Source: Lysobacterales bacterium
GTDB lineage: Bacteria > Pseudomonadota > Gammaproteobacteria > Xanthomonadales > SZUA-5
DNA length: 64,000 nt
Direction of reading: 5' to 3'
Assembly (NCBI GenBank): GCA_022844165.1
Contig: JALHMH010000010.1
Location: 63,950-127,949, forward strand
Shown: positions 41,001-50,050 of the stretch, piece by piece
How positions within the stretch are numbered: position 1 is the stretch's first letter
Layout: every line of letters starts with the position of its first letter
Position numbers and translations under genes: made by a program
Notes under the pieces: model-generated
The model's database searches: none
What the model was told of the DNA's origin: nothing
What the model saw: the letters and a program-made list of their open reading frames with translations, nothing else

Positions 41001-44000
41001 ATGGTTCGTTTGATCGCAGGATTGTTAGGTGCGACGGCTTGTGTGTTGTCTTCGTCGGCCGGCGCCCAGATCACAATTCAAGATGGCGCCGCACGGGTCC
41101 GGTATGGCGATCTGTCGGATGCGGCTTACCTGACTGCTGGCGTGCCGCAAACGGTGCTGAGCAAGGGTTTGATTCCGCATCTTGCCGGCAGTCAGTTTTC
41201 GTATCGGGTAGCGGGTGATACACGCGAGTTTTCGGTGGTCACGGACTCGCCAGATCAGCCAACGATTACCCCTCCTGGTCCGACCAACACGGCGTTGATT
41301 GAGTACGCGAGTACTGAGTCTGCGCTTCGAAATCTGTTCAACGTCGACATCCAGGACACCGTTGTCGAATCCGGCGCAACGATCACTTACACGCGGGTGG
41401 CAACATTCGAGAACGTCTCCGGGGTCTCGCAAACGCTCACGGTGATGGGCTACGCCGACGACGTGCTGAACTCCGGATTCAACAATGTCAGTGCGACGTT
41501 GCTGGTCCCCAGCAATTCTATCCAGCTGACCAAGGCCAGCTCTACGCTCAATTTCACCGGTGTTGGTGCAACCGCATTTGAGGTCACGGCGTTCCCCGAT
41601 CTGATCGATAGTCTGGAGGATGCTGGGATCACCAGTTTCCTCGACGGTGGATTGCCGTTTTTGCCAACCACCGCGCCGCCAACAAACCCCGGCGACTGGA
41701 CCGGCGGTTTCGAGTGGCCCGCCCAGGTCGTAGCGATTGGCGGCACGGCTTCTTACACGATGATTTTTCAGCTAACGGCTGCACCCTTCGGTCCAGGCAG
41801 CGATGGCAGCCACATCGTCAATACCGCAGGAACCATCGTCAATGCGTATGCACCGCTGGATTCCGATCTCACCGCAGGCACGGATCGGCTGTTTGTTCCC
41901 GATGTCAGCGCGTTGACGCTGCCGGTGGCAGCGTGCACAGGCTGCGAGCGCACGCTGTCGAATGGCGATCTGCTGATGATCTATCAGCCACAGGGCGCGT
42001 CTATCGATACGACGAACACGCTCAATTACGGCAATGTCACAGACTTGGGTGGTGCTGGCCGCTACGAGTTTGTTTACGTCGCCAACGTGATCGATTTCGC
42101 GGTCGGGCCAGATGAAATCGAGTTTTTCCCGTTCGATGGCACCTCTTCACCTGGGCCTGGAAATGGGTTCTCGAATCCTGTTTGCACTGGTCTGCGCTAC
42201 GACTACACGACGACGGCCAATGCGCCCGCGATGGTCGTGCGCGTGCCGCAGTATTCGTTCTTGCGCGTCGAGCCGGGCGCAAGTGTTGTCGCACAAGATT
42301 GGAACTGGGACGGTTCGAGCGCTGCCAGTTTGGGCGGTGTATTGGCGGTGGATGTCGGCGGTCAAACGCAGTCCACCGGCATTATTGAGCTGGGCGGTGC
42401 GATGAGCGCCGACGGTGCGGGATTCCGCGGTGGCAATGATCAGACCACAGGTGCGACGTCATTCACGGCCGACTTTGTGAGCGGCAGCAATGCGCACGGC
42501 GAAAAAGGCGAGAGCGTTGTTGGAACCTTTGCGGCCTACGATGCGTTAGGTGGGCGTTTTGCGCGTGGCGCTCCGGCCAACGGTGGTGGCGGCGCAAACG
42601 GAGTCAACTCGTCGGGTGGGGGCGGTGCGAATGCCGGCGACCCGGCAGCCTGGACCAATGGTCATGGCGTCCTGGATCCGGCTTTTGCTCTGAATGCGTG
42701 GTTGTTAGACCCGGAAACCCGCGTTGGCCCAGGGCCTTTCACGGTTGCACCGGATAATAGTGGTGGCGGCCGCGGCGGTTACACCTGGTCGAATGCGAAT
42801 CAGGATGCTTTGGTCGTCCCGCCTGGCGATCCATCGTGGGTGGGCGACAATCGCCGAGTGGTCGGCGGTCTCGGCGGGCGGCCGTTGAGTGGCGTCGTGG
42901 CAGGCGATGCGTATCGGCGGGTGTACTTTGGCGGCGGTGGTGGCGCAGGCGAGGTGAACAATTTGAATCCGCGCCGAGGCGGTGATGGCGGTGGCTTCGT
43001 CTTTGTGCTTGCGCGCCGAATCGAGGCCTTTGGCCCAGTCAACCCCCGCATCAGTGCGAACGGAGCGAACGGACAAGGATCGACGGCGGCGCCTTTGGAC
43101 GGCAATGGTGGCGGTGGCGGTGGTGGTTCGGTGGTTGTGACCACCTCCGAGAATCATCCGTTGCCGGCGACGCTGGAGATTCAAGCCAATGGCGGCGCAG
43201 GCGGTTCCCATGGCGTTGTGAACCCCAATGGTGAGGGCGAGGGCGGTGGCGGTGGCGGTGGCGCAGGCGTGGTTTTGGTATCGCATTCGAGTGCGATCGA
43301 ATCGGTGGCGGGCGGCTTGCGCGGCGTGACGCTTTCAACATCACTCACAGAGTTCCCGGCAAACGGTGGTACGAGTGGAGCCGCGGGTGAGGAAGGCGCG
43401 GCACCCGATCGCGACGGCCCGGCGTCGCCGTTGGTCTGCCTGACTGGCCCCGATTTTACAACCCCTGTGACAAACGCTTATTTCGAAGCGGAGCGATTGG
43501 ACCGCAGCAAGATGCGAGTGCGTTTTGATTCTGCGTCGGAAGTGGCACACGCGGGCTTTTTCGTACTAGGCAGCCGCCGCGAACGATTGAGCGGGTTCAT
43601 TGCTGCGAGCGGCAGAAGCGGCGCCGAAGCCAAAGCCTACGAAGTGGTGATCGACGATTTGGGTATCACGGAACTGTATCTGGCCGACATCGACGTACGT
43701 GGCAAGGAGACGATCCGCGGCCCCTTCGAAGTTGGCAAGCGTTTTGGTGCGGCGCCTACGGTGGTGCGCTACAACTGGAGCGAGGCACAGCAGCAACTGT
43801 CCAGCTATCGAGCTGCCACTCGCGGTATGGCCAGCGGAATCGCGAAAATCGGAGTGCGCGAGCGCGGCATGGTGCGCGTAACGCATGAACAACTCATCGC
43901 CGCTGGCATCGATCTGAGCGGCACGCCCGGCAGTCAGATCGCAGTCCGCACCGACACAGGGCCGGTACCGCGCCGTGTGCGAGGTGCAGCGCTGTTTGGC

Positions 44001-45938
44001 GTTGGCTCGTCGATCGAGTTTTTTGGCGACGCTAAAGCAACCTTGTGGAGCCAAGATCGCTTTTACCTGATTGAGGCCGATGCCAGCAGCGCAGTCGAGA
44101 TGGGGTTGGTAACACGTGCAGTCAGTTCTGGCTCGACTTCGAACTACACCGCGGAACTGACCTACGCTCCGCAGAATGCTTACAACGAAGTATCGCCAAT
44201 CGGCGATCCCTGGTATGCGGATCGATTGGTTTCGCAGGGCGGTCTGGCCAGCAAGACAATCAGTTTAAGTGGCCCGGCATCCATTGGGAATGCCGAACTC
44301 GACGTACTTGTCTGGGGCGGTATCGACTGGCCAAGCCGTGGCGACGATCATTCGATTCGCGTGCGACTCAATGGTCAACTGGTTGCGTCCGAACGGTTCG
44401 ACGGTTTAGCCAGCAAACGTATTCGAGTGCCGGTGACGTTGAGCGGCACGAACCACCAGATCGTGATTGAGGCGCCGGGCGATACCGGCCAACCGGCAGA
44501 TATCATCCATATCGAATCTGCAACCTTGCGCTACACGGCCGCAGCGAGTGGTAACGGCAGTACGTTCTTCGGGCAGGCGCTGCAAGGTACGCGCAGTGAC
44601 ACGATTTTCCAGGATCGTACAGGTGACGGAATGGACGCTCCGATTGCGGGCGTGATCACCGTCAATAACGTCTCTGGTGCGGATTTGCGTGCGTACCGCA
44701 TTGTCGGCGGCAGTGCAACTGAGTATCAGGTGAGCGGCAGCCCAGTGGCCGTGTATGCCGAAGGGTTTTCGGATGCCGCAGAACTATGGGTTGGGCCAGC
44801 GGCACAATTGCGTGCTCCGCAATCCATCAGCGTTGCACCCGCTGCAACCAGTTTGTTCGGCGCATCTGCCGATTGGCTGGCGATCACGCATGGCATGTTC
44901 AGCAATGCGCTGAACGACCTGGCAAGCCGTCGTCAGAGCCAGGGACTCAGTACGAAGATTGTCAATGTTGAAGCGATTTACACACGCTACAGCGCGGGCA
45001 ACCCGAGTCCTGTGGCCATTCAGCGCTACATCAAAGACGCACGAGCTCAACTGGGTACGGATTACGTCGTGCTGGTCGGTGCCGACACGACGGATGCGCC
45101 CGGGTACGAAAACTCCGGATCGATCAGTTTTGTGCCCACGCCGTACGCCACGACCAGTATCTTTGTCCGCTACGCGCCTGCCGATCCGCTGATGGGCGAT
45201 ATCAACGGCGATGGCATGGCCGAAGTGGCGGTGGGACGACTGCCGGTACGCACACTCGCCGAGGTACAAGAAGCGGTTCGCAAGATATTGGCGTACGAAA
45301 ATCAACCAGCAGCAAACCAAATGACGTTGGCAGCAGGTCCTGAAGACACCAGCGCGGTTTACCAAAACACGTTCGCGGAATCGAGCGAAGCGCTGGCAGC
45401 TGGATTGCCAAACGCCTGGACCATCAGTCGGGTTTATCAAGACGTTCTGGGATTGAACCCCGCCCGTCAAGCGCTGGTCGACGCATTCAATGCGGGCCGT
45501 AGTGTTGTGTCTTACGTTGGTCACTCAGGCCCAAGTCAATGGACCTTTGATCCGATGTTCGATATCAGCCAGGTACAAGGCACCAGTAGCGATCCGAACC
45601 GGCCTAACCTGGCAAGCAGCGTAAACCAGCCGATCGTGCTGCAGTTCGCCTGCTGGACAACGTACTTCGTGTCGCCGACAGCCAATACCATGGCGCAGGC
45701 GCTCATGTTGACGCCAAACAGGGGCGCCAGTGCGATCGTAGGTGCAACCGTGCTGCTGGATCAGGCTTCGCACGACGCCATGATGGTGGCTGTATCTGAC
45801 CGTTTGGTAGCGGGCGCGCGAATTGGCGACGTGGTCAATGCTGCCAAAGCGGAATTGAAAGCCCGTCCAGGCGGCGCTGGACCCGAGATTCTATTGGGCC
45901 AGGTCATCCTGGGCGATCCAGCACAGCCGATTCGCTGA
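41001..45938 (+). CDS. Large secreted multidomain protein with glycine-rich region and C-terminal C25 (gingipain/PorU-like) cysteine peptidase
   Basis: Signal peptide; GGG-rich repeats; VVLVG.D, VGRLP, YVGHSG and QFACW (His/Cys dyad), ends ILGDPA. Confidence 0.85.
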   Translation: MVRLIAGLLGATACVLSSSAGAQITIQDGAARVRYGDLSDAAYLTAGVPQTVLSKGLIPHLAGSQFSYRVAGDTREFSVVTDSPDQPTITPPGPTNTALIEYASTESALRNLFNVDIQDTVVESGATITYTRVATFENVSGVSQTLTVMGYADDVLNSGFNNVSATLLVPSNSIQLTKASSTLNFTGVGATAFEVTAFPDLIDSLEDAGITSFLDGGLPFLPTTAPPTNPGDWTGGFEWPAQVVAIGGTASYTMIFQLTAAPFGPGSDGSHIVNTAGTIVNAYAPLDSDLTAGTDRLFVPDVSALTLPVAACTGCERTLSNGDLLMIYQPQGASIDTTNTLNYGNVTDLGGAGRYEFVYVANVIDFAVGPDEIEFFPFDGTSSPGPGNGFSNPVCTGLRYDYTTTANAPAMVVRVPQYSFLRVEPGASVVAQDWNWDGSSAASLGGVLAVDVGGQTQSTGIIELGGAMSADGAGFRGGNDQTTGATSFTADFVSGSNAHGEKGESVVGTFAAYDALGGRFARGAPANGGGGANGVNSSGGGGANAGDPAAWTNGHGVLDPAFALNAWLLDPETRVGPGPFTVAPDNSGGGRGGYTWSNANQDALVVPPGDPSWVGDNRRVVGGLGGRPLSGVVAGDAYRRVYFGGGGGAGEVNNLNPRRGGDGGGFVFVLARRIEAFGPVNPRISANGANGQGSTAAPLDGNGGGGGGGSVVVTTSENHPLPATLEIQANGGAGGSHGVVNPNGEGEGGGGGGGAGVVLVSHSSAIESVAGGLRGVTLSTSLTEFPANGGTSGAAGEEGAAPDRDGPASPLVCLTGPDFTTPVTNAYFEAERLDRSKMRVRFDSASEVAHAGFFVLGSRRERLSGFIAASGRSGAEAKAYEVVIDDLGITELYLADIDVRGKETIRGPFEVGKRFGAAPTVVRYNWSEAQQQLSSYRAATRGMASGIAKIGVRERGMVRVTHEQLIAAGIDLSGTPGSQIAVRTDTGPVPRRVRGAALFGVGSSIEFFGDAKATLWSQDRFYLIEADASSAVEMGLVTRAVSSGSTSNYTAELTYAPQNAYNEVSPIGDPWYADRLVSQGGLASKTISLSGPASIGNAELDVLVWGGIDWPSRGDDHSIRVRLNGQLVASERFDGLASKRIRVPVTLSGTNHQIVIEAPGDTGQPADIIHIESATLRYTAAASGNGSTFFGQALQGTRSDTIFQDRTGDGMDAPIAGVITVNNVSGADLRAYRIVGGSATEYQVSGSPVAVYAEGFSDAAELWVGPAAQLRAPQSISVAPAATSLFGASADWLAITHGMFSNALNDLASRRQSQGLSTKIVNVEAIYTRYSAGNPSPVAIQRYIKDARAQLGTDYVVLVGADTTDAPGYENSGSISFVPTPYATTSIFVRYAPADPLMGDINGDGMAEVAVGRLPVRTLAEVQEAVRKILAYENQPAANQMTLAAGPEDTSAVYQNTFAESSEALAAGLPNAWTISRVYQDVLGLNPARQALVDAFNAGRSVVSYVGHSGPSQWTFDPMFDISQVQGTSSDPNRPNLASSVNQPIVLQFACWTTYFVSPTANTMAQALMLTPNRGASAIVGATVLLDQASHDAMMVAVSDRLVAGARIGDVVNAAKAELKARPGGAGPEILLGQVILGDPAQPIR

Positions 45939-45962
45939 CCGAATACGCTCAACCATTGCTCA

Positions 45963-45995
45963 CCGACGCCCGGCATCGCCGGGCGTCGGCGTTTT
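45963..45995 (+). terminator. Intrinsic terminator
   Basis: CCGACGCCCGGC-ATC-GCCGGGCGTCGG followed by CGTTTT. Confidence 0.75.
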
Positions 45996-46032
45996 GGGGC
46001 ATAGTTCGGCCTTCGATGGCGCCGAATTTGCG

Positions 46033-46800
46033 ATGGGAACAATGCTCGACCGCTTGAAGCGAGCCTATGCGCGCAGAAACAACGCAGCTTTTTGGCGATG
46101 GAAGCTGGCGCAATGGACTGGTTCTCCGACCGCGGCTGTCTCGAATCCGTTGGCCGCTTACCCACTGATCGTGCGCACCCGAACGACGGACTGGTCTGTT
46201 TACCAGCAGATCTTCGAAGAGGTTGAGTATCAATGCCTACCTGGTGACTTGAGTCCAGTCGTGATCGTCGACCTTGGCGCCAATGTTGGGTACTCCTCTG
46301 CCTATTTCCTGACCAGGTACCCGGCCTGTTCCGTGATTGCCGTTGAGCCGGATGCGGACAATTTCGCCGCAATGGAACGGAACCTTCGCGCCTATGGTGC
46401 GCGGGTTCAAACGCTTCTGGCGGCGGCCTGGTCGTCGCCAGGGCGTCTGGCGTTGCGCACAGACGCATTCCGGGGTGGCGGCGCCTGGGCTCGACAAGTT
46501 CAGGCGGACAACGATGGAAAAATCGAAGCGATCGATATTGACGCGCTGATGCAGCGCTATCGGTTGCCGAAGATCTCAATACTGAAAATGGACATCGAAG
46601 GCGCCGAGGTTGAGGTCTTCAAAGGGTCGTTGGACTGGCTCGATCGCGTTGACGTGCTAGTGGCAGAACTGCACGACGACAGTAGCTTCGGACCCGCAAG
46701 TCCGACGGTCATCCCGGAGATGCACCGGCGTGGGTTTCGGTCCTGGACTCACGGCGAGTTGATCGTATTTCGTCGCCCCAAGGTCAGCGATAGCCGTTAG
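46033..46800 (+). CDS. FkbM family methyltransferase (orphan)
   Basis: VDLGANVG, AVEP, LKMDIEGAE; start 46033 or 46042. Confidence 0.88.
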   Translation: MGTMLDRLKRAYARRNNAAFWRWKLAQWTGSPTAAVSNPLAAYPLIVRTRTTDWSVYQQIFEEVEYQCLPGDLSPVVIVDLGANVGYSSAYFLTRYPACSVIAVEPDADNFAAMERNLRAYGARVQTLLAAAWSSPGRLALRTDAFRGGGAWARQVQADNDGKIEAIDIDALMQRYRLPKISILKMDIEGAEVEVFKGSLDWLDRVDVLVAELHDDSSFGPASPTVIPEMHRRGFRSWTHGELIVFRRPKVSDSR

Positions 46801-46951
46801 TGGTCATTGGCGATGCTGTTGAGCAGAACCCACATCGCCGGGCGGACTGAAGCGAAGTTACGCTGATCTTGGCAGGCAAACGACGAGTTCAGCCTCGGCG
46901 CACAGTCTTCAGCCTTGATAGACTCGCAGGCTTTGCACTGAGCCAATCCCT

Positions 46952-48047
46952 ATGGAAACCAGCCCACTCGCCGCCAAACTTGTTGACCTGCGCCAGCGTG
47001 TTGAAGCGCTCAGGGGGTTTCTTTGACTTCGAGAACAAAAAGGACCGCCTTGACGAAGTCAGCCGGGAACTTGAAGACCCGTTGATTTGGAACAACCCGG
47101 AGAAGGCCCAGGAGTTGGGTCGCGAGCGCGCCCGCTTAGAGTCGACGGTCCGTGAGCTCACTGAGTTGCTGCAAGGCGCGACAGATGGTCAAGAATTGCT
47201 GCAAATGATCATTGCCGAAGACGATGCTGTTTCATTCAGGCAGCTCGAAGCCGATGCGCTCAGCCTGGAGGTGCGGATCGCGCGCATCGAGTTTCAACGC
47301 ATGTTTGGCAATCCAATGGATCCAAATCCGGCCTATGTCGACATTCAGGCTGGCGCTGGCGGTACCGAAGCGCAAGATTGGGCCGAAATGCTGCTGCGCA
47401 TGTACCTGCGTTGGTGCGAGCGCAAAGGGTTCAAGACCGAACTCCTGGAAGTGAGCGCTGGCGACGTGGCTGGGATCAAGAGCGCGAGCCTGCGTGTCGA
47501 AGGCGACTATGCGTTCGGCTGGCTGCGCACCGAGATCGGCGTGCATCGACTGGTGCGCATTTCGCCATTTGATTCCAACAAGCGGCGCCACACGTCGTTC
47601 GCGTCGGTGTTCGTGGCGCCCGAAGTCGACGACAACATCGAGATCGATATCAATCCGGCGGATCTGAAAACCGACGTGTATCGATCCAGCGGCGCAGGCG
47701 GGCAGCACGTCAACAAGACCGAGTCCGCCGTGCGCATCACGCATGTGCCGAGCGGCGTAGTGGTGGCCTGTCAGACCGAGCGCAGCCAGCACAACAACCG
47801 CGACCGAGCGATGAAGATGCTCAAAGCCAAGCTCTACGAGATCGAAGTTCAGAAGCGTAACGCCGAGAAGGACCGACTCGAAGCGACCAAATCGGACATC
47901 GGCTGGGGCCACCAGATTCGCTCGTATGTGCTTGACGATGCACGGATCAAAGACCTGCGTACCGGCGTCGAGCGTCGCGATACGCAGACGGTGCTTGACG
48001 GCGATCTCGACGACTACGTTGAAGCAAGCTTGAAGCAGGGGCTCTGA
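46952..48047 (+). CDS. prfB: Peptide chain release factor 2 with programmed +1 frameshift
   Basis: METSPL...RGFL then CTT TGA C at 47021-47027; SPF and GGQ motifs. Confidence 0.97.
47012..47027 (+). promoter_or_regulatory. prfB frameshift cassette
   Basis: Internal SD AGGGGG, 3 nt, CTTTGAC. Confidence 0.95.
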
Positions 48048-48107
48048 TGCCGCTCGCTGTTCTATCCGGCGACGCAGGTCTTTTCGTTTGGGGGTTCCGT
48101 TGAATCG

Positions 48108-48321
48108 AGAGCGAGGGCACGAGGGCACGAGGGCACGAGGGCACGCGCTTGGTTCGAGGTGTCTGGCGTCCTTCCCGAATAGAACTTCGTCTTGGTTTGT
48201 TCGTCAGCCACCGAGGCGTTCATTGACTCATACCGTCGATGAGTGTCCGCGTCGCATTTCCCTCAATGACCTCGAACGAAGCACGTACCCTCGTGCCCTC
48301 GTGCTCTCGTGCCCTCGCTCT
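48108..48321. repeat. ~54-bp inverted repeats built of (GAGGGCAC)4 around a ~107-bp spacer
   Basis: Arm 48108-48161 is the near reverse complement of 48269-48321. Confidence 0.9.
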
Positions 48322-48464
48322 TCACGCCAATTTGTTCTGATGTCAACGGCTGAAGCCGCGTCTGGCGTCTCGGTGCGAGGCTTGTTGCAATTCCCTTCGT
48401 CACTCCTCCACCCGCCACCGACCACCGACCAAAGCGTCGCGCCATGGCGCGACCTAAAGACGAT

Positions 48465-49958
48465 ATGACCGACGACAACCACATCATTGCTGAGCGCCGC
48501 GCCAAGCTCGCTCGTTTGCGCGAGGCCGGCGTTGCCTTTCCGAACGACTTTTCGCCGACCGAGCTTGCAGCCGTACTGCAATCCGAATACGCGGACAAAG
48601 AGCGCTGGGATTCGGCGGCGTTAGACGCATTGGATCGCTCGGTCATGATTGCAGGCCGGCTGATGGCTAAGCGCGTGATGGGCAAAGCCGCATTCGCAAC
48701 ACTCAAGGATCGCTCGGGCCAGACGATTCAGGTGTTCTTGCAGCAGGCCACGCTGGGCGATACTTACGAGGCGTTCAAGGGTTACGACATCGGCGACATC
48801 GTCGGGGCGGGTGGACCGCTGATGCGCACCAAGACCGGCGAGCTGAGTGTGCGTGCAGCGACGCTGCGACTACTGACGAAATCGCTGAGGCCCTTGCCCG
48901 ACAAGTGGCACGGACTTGCCGACACCGAAGTGCGGTATCGCCAGCGTTATGTGGACTTGATCGTCAACGACGAAGTGCGCCAGACCTTCGTGATGCGCTC
49001 GCACATTGTGCGTTTCATCCGCCAGTTTCTGGAGCGCCCGGAATACGGATTTCTGGAAGTCGAGACGCCGATGATGCACCACATCCCCGGCGGCGCTACG
49101 GCGCGCCCGTTCGTCACGCATCACAATGCGCTGGATTTGCAGTTGTACCTGCGGGTCGCGCCTGAGCTGCATTTGAAGCGACTGGTCGTCGGCGGCCTTG
49201 AGCGGGTCTACGAAATCAACCGCAATTTTCGCAACGAGGGCGTCAGCACGCGGCACAATCCTGAGTTCACGATGCTCGAGTTCTATTGGGCGTATGCGAC
49301 ATTCGTCGATCTGATGGACCTGACAGAGCGACTGTTGCGCGAGCTCGTATCCGAGGTTTGTGGCAGTGAACGAATCGACTATCAAGGGCAATCGATCGAT
49401 TTCGGAGTACCGTTCGCAAGATTATCGATGACCGACGCGGTGTGCCAGCAAAACCCGCAAATCGCACGGGCCGACTGTCGCAACGCTGACGCGCTCCGCA
49501 TGCACTGTCAGCAATTGAAGATTCACGTGAAAGCCGATTGGGGCTGGGGTCGATTGTTGCAGGAGATTTTTGAGGCGACTGTTGAAAGCACGCTGACGCA
49601 GCCTACCTTCATCACACACTATCCAGCAGAAACCTCGCCGCTGTCTCGTCGCAACGACGTTGATAACGAAGTGACCGATCGGTTTGAGTTGTTTATCGTC
49701 TCTCGCGAGTTGGCGAATGGCTTTTCGGAACTGAACGATCCGGAGGATCAGGCAGAGCGATTCATTGCGCAGGTGCAGGCCAAAGATTCTGGCGACGCAG
49801 AGGCGATGCACTACGACGCCGACTACATACGCGCGTTGGAGTACGGCATGCCGCCGACTGCGGGCGAGGGGATCGGTATCGACCGTCTTGCGATGCTGCT
49901 GACCAATACAGCATCGATCCGCGACGTCCTGTTTTTCCCTTACCTGCGGCCCGAATAG
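48465..49958 (+). CDS. lysS: Lysyl-tRNA synthetase (class II)
   Basis: [26 protein letters not shown]; start 48465 or 48444. Confidence 0.97.
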   Translation: MTDDNHIIAERRAKLARLREAGVAFPNDFSPTELAAVLQSEYADKERWDSAALDALDRSVMIAGRLMAKRVMGKAAFATLKDRSGQTIQVFLQQATLGDTYEAFKGYDIGDIVGAGGPLMRTKTGELSVRAATLRLLTKSLRPLPDKWHGLADTEVRYRQRYVDLIVNDEVRQTFVMRSHIVRFIRQFLERPEYGFLEVETPMMHHIPGGATARPFVTHHNALDLQLYLRVAPELHLKRLVVGGLERVYEINRNFRNEGVSTRHNPEFTMLEFYWAYATFVDLMDLTERLLRELVSEVCGSERIDYQGQSIDFGVPFARLSMTDAVCQQNPQIARADCRNADALRMHCQQLKIHVKADWGWGRLLQEIFEATVESTLTQPTFITHYPAETSPLSRRNDVDNEVTDRFELFIVSRELANGFSELNDPEDQAERFIAQVQAKDSGDAEAMHYDADYIRALEYGMPPTAGEGIGIDRLAMLLTNTASIRDVLFFPYLRPE

Positions 49959-50050
49959 GCCTGATCGCATCTGGCCTGCGCGTTAGCCCTGCGCGCGATG
50001 TGCTCCAACCGCCGCAGAATCTCCCGTATCGGGTCGCCACAGCTTCTCGC

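Noticed and set aside
48108-48321. CRISPR array or attC site
   Set aside because: Units are 8 bp with no spacers; no cas or integrase gene; no CRISPR, tRNA or rRNA recognised anywhere in the window
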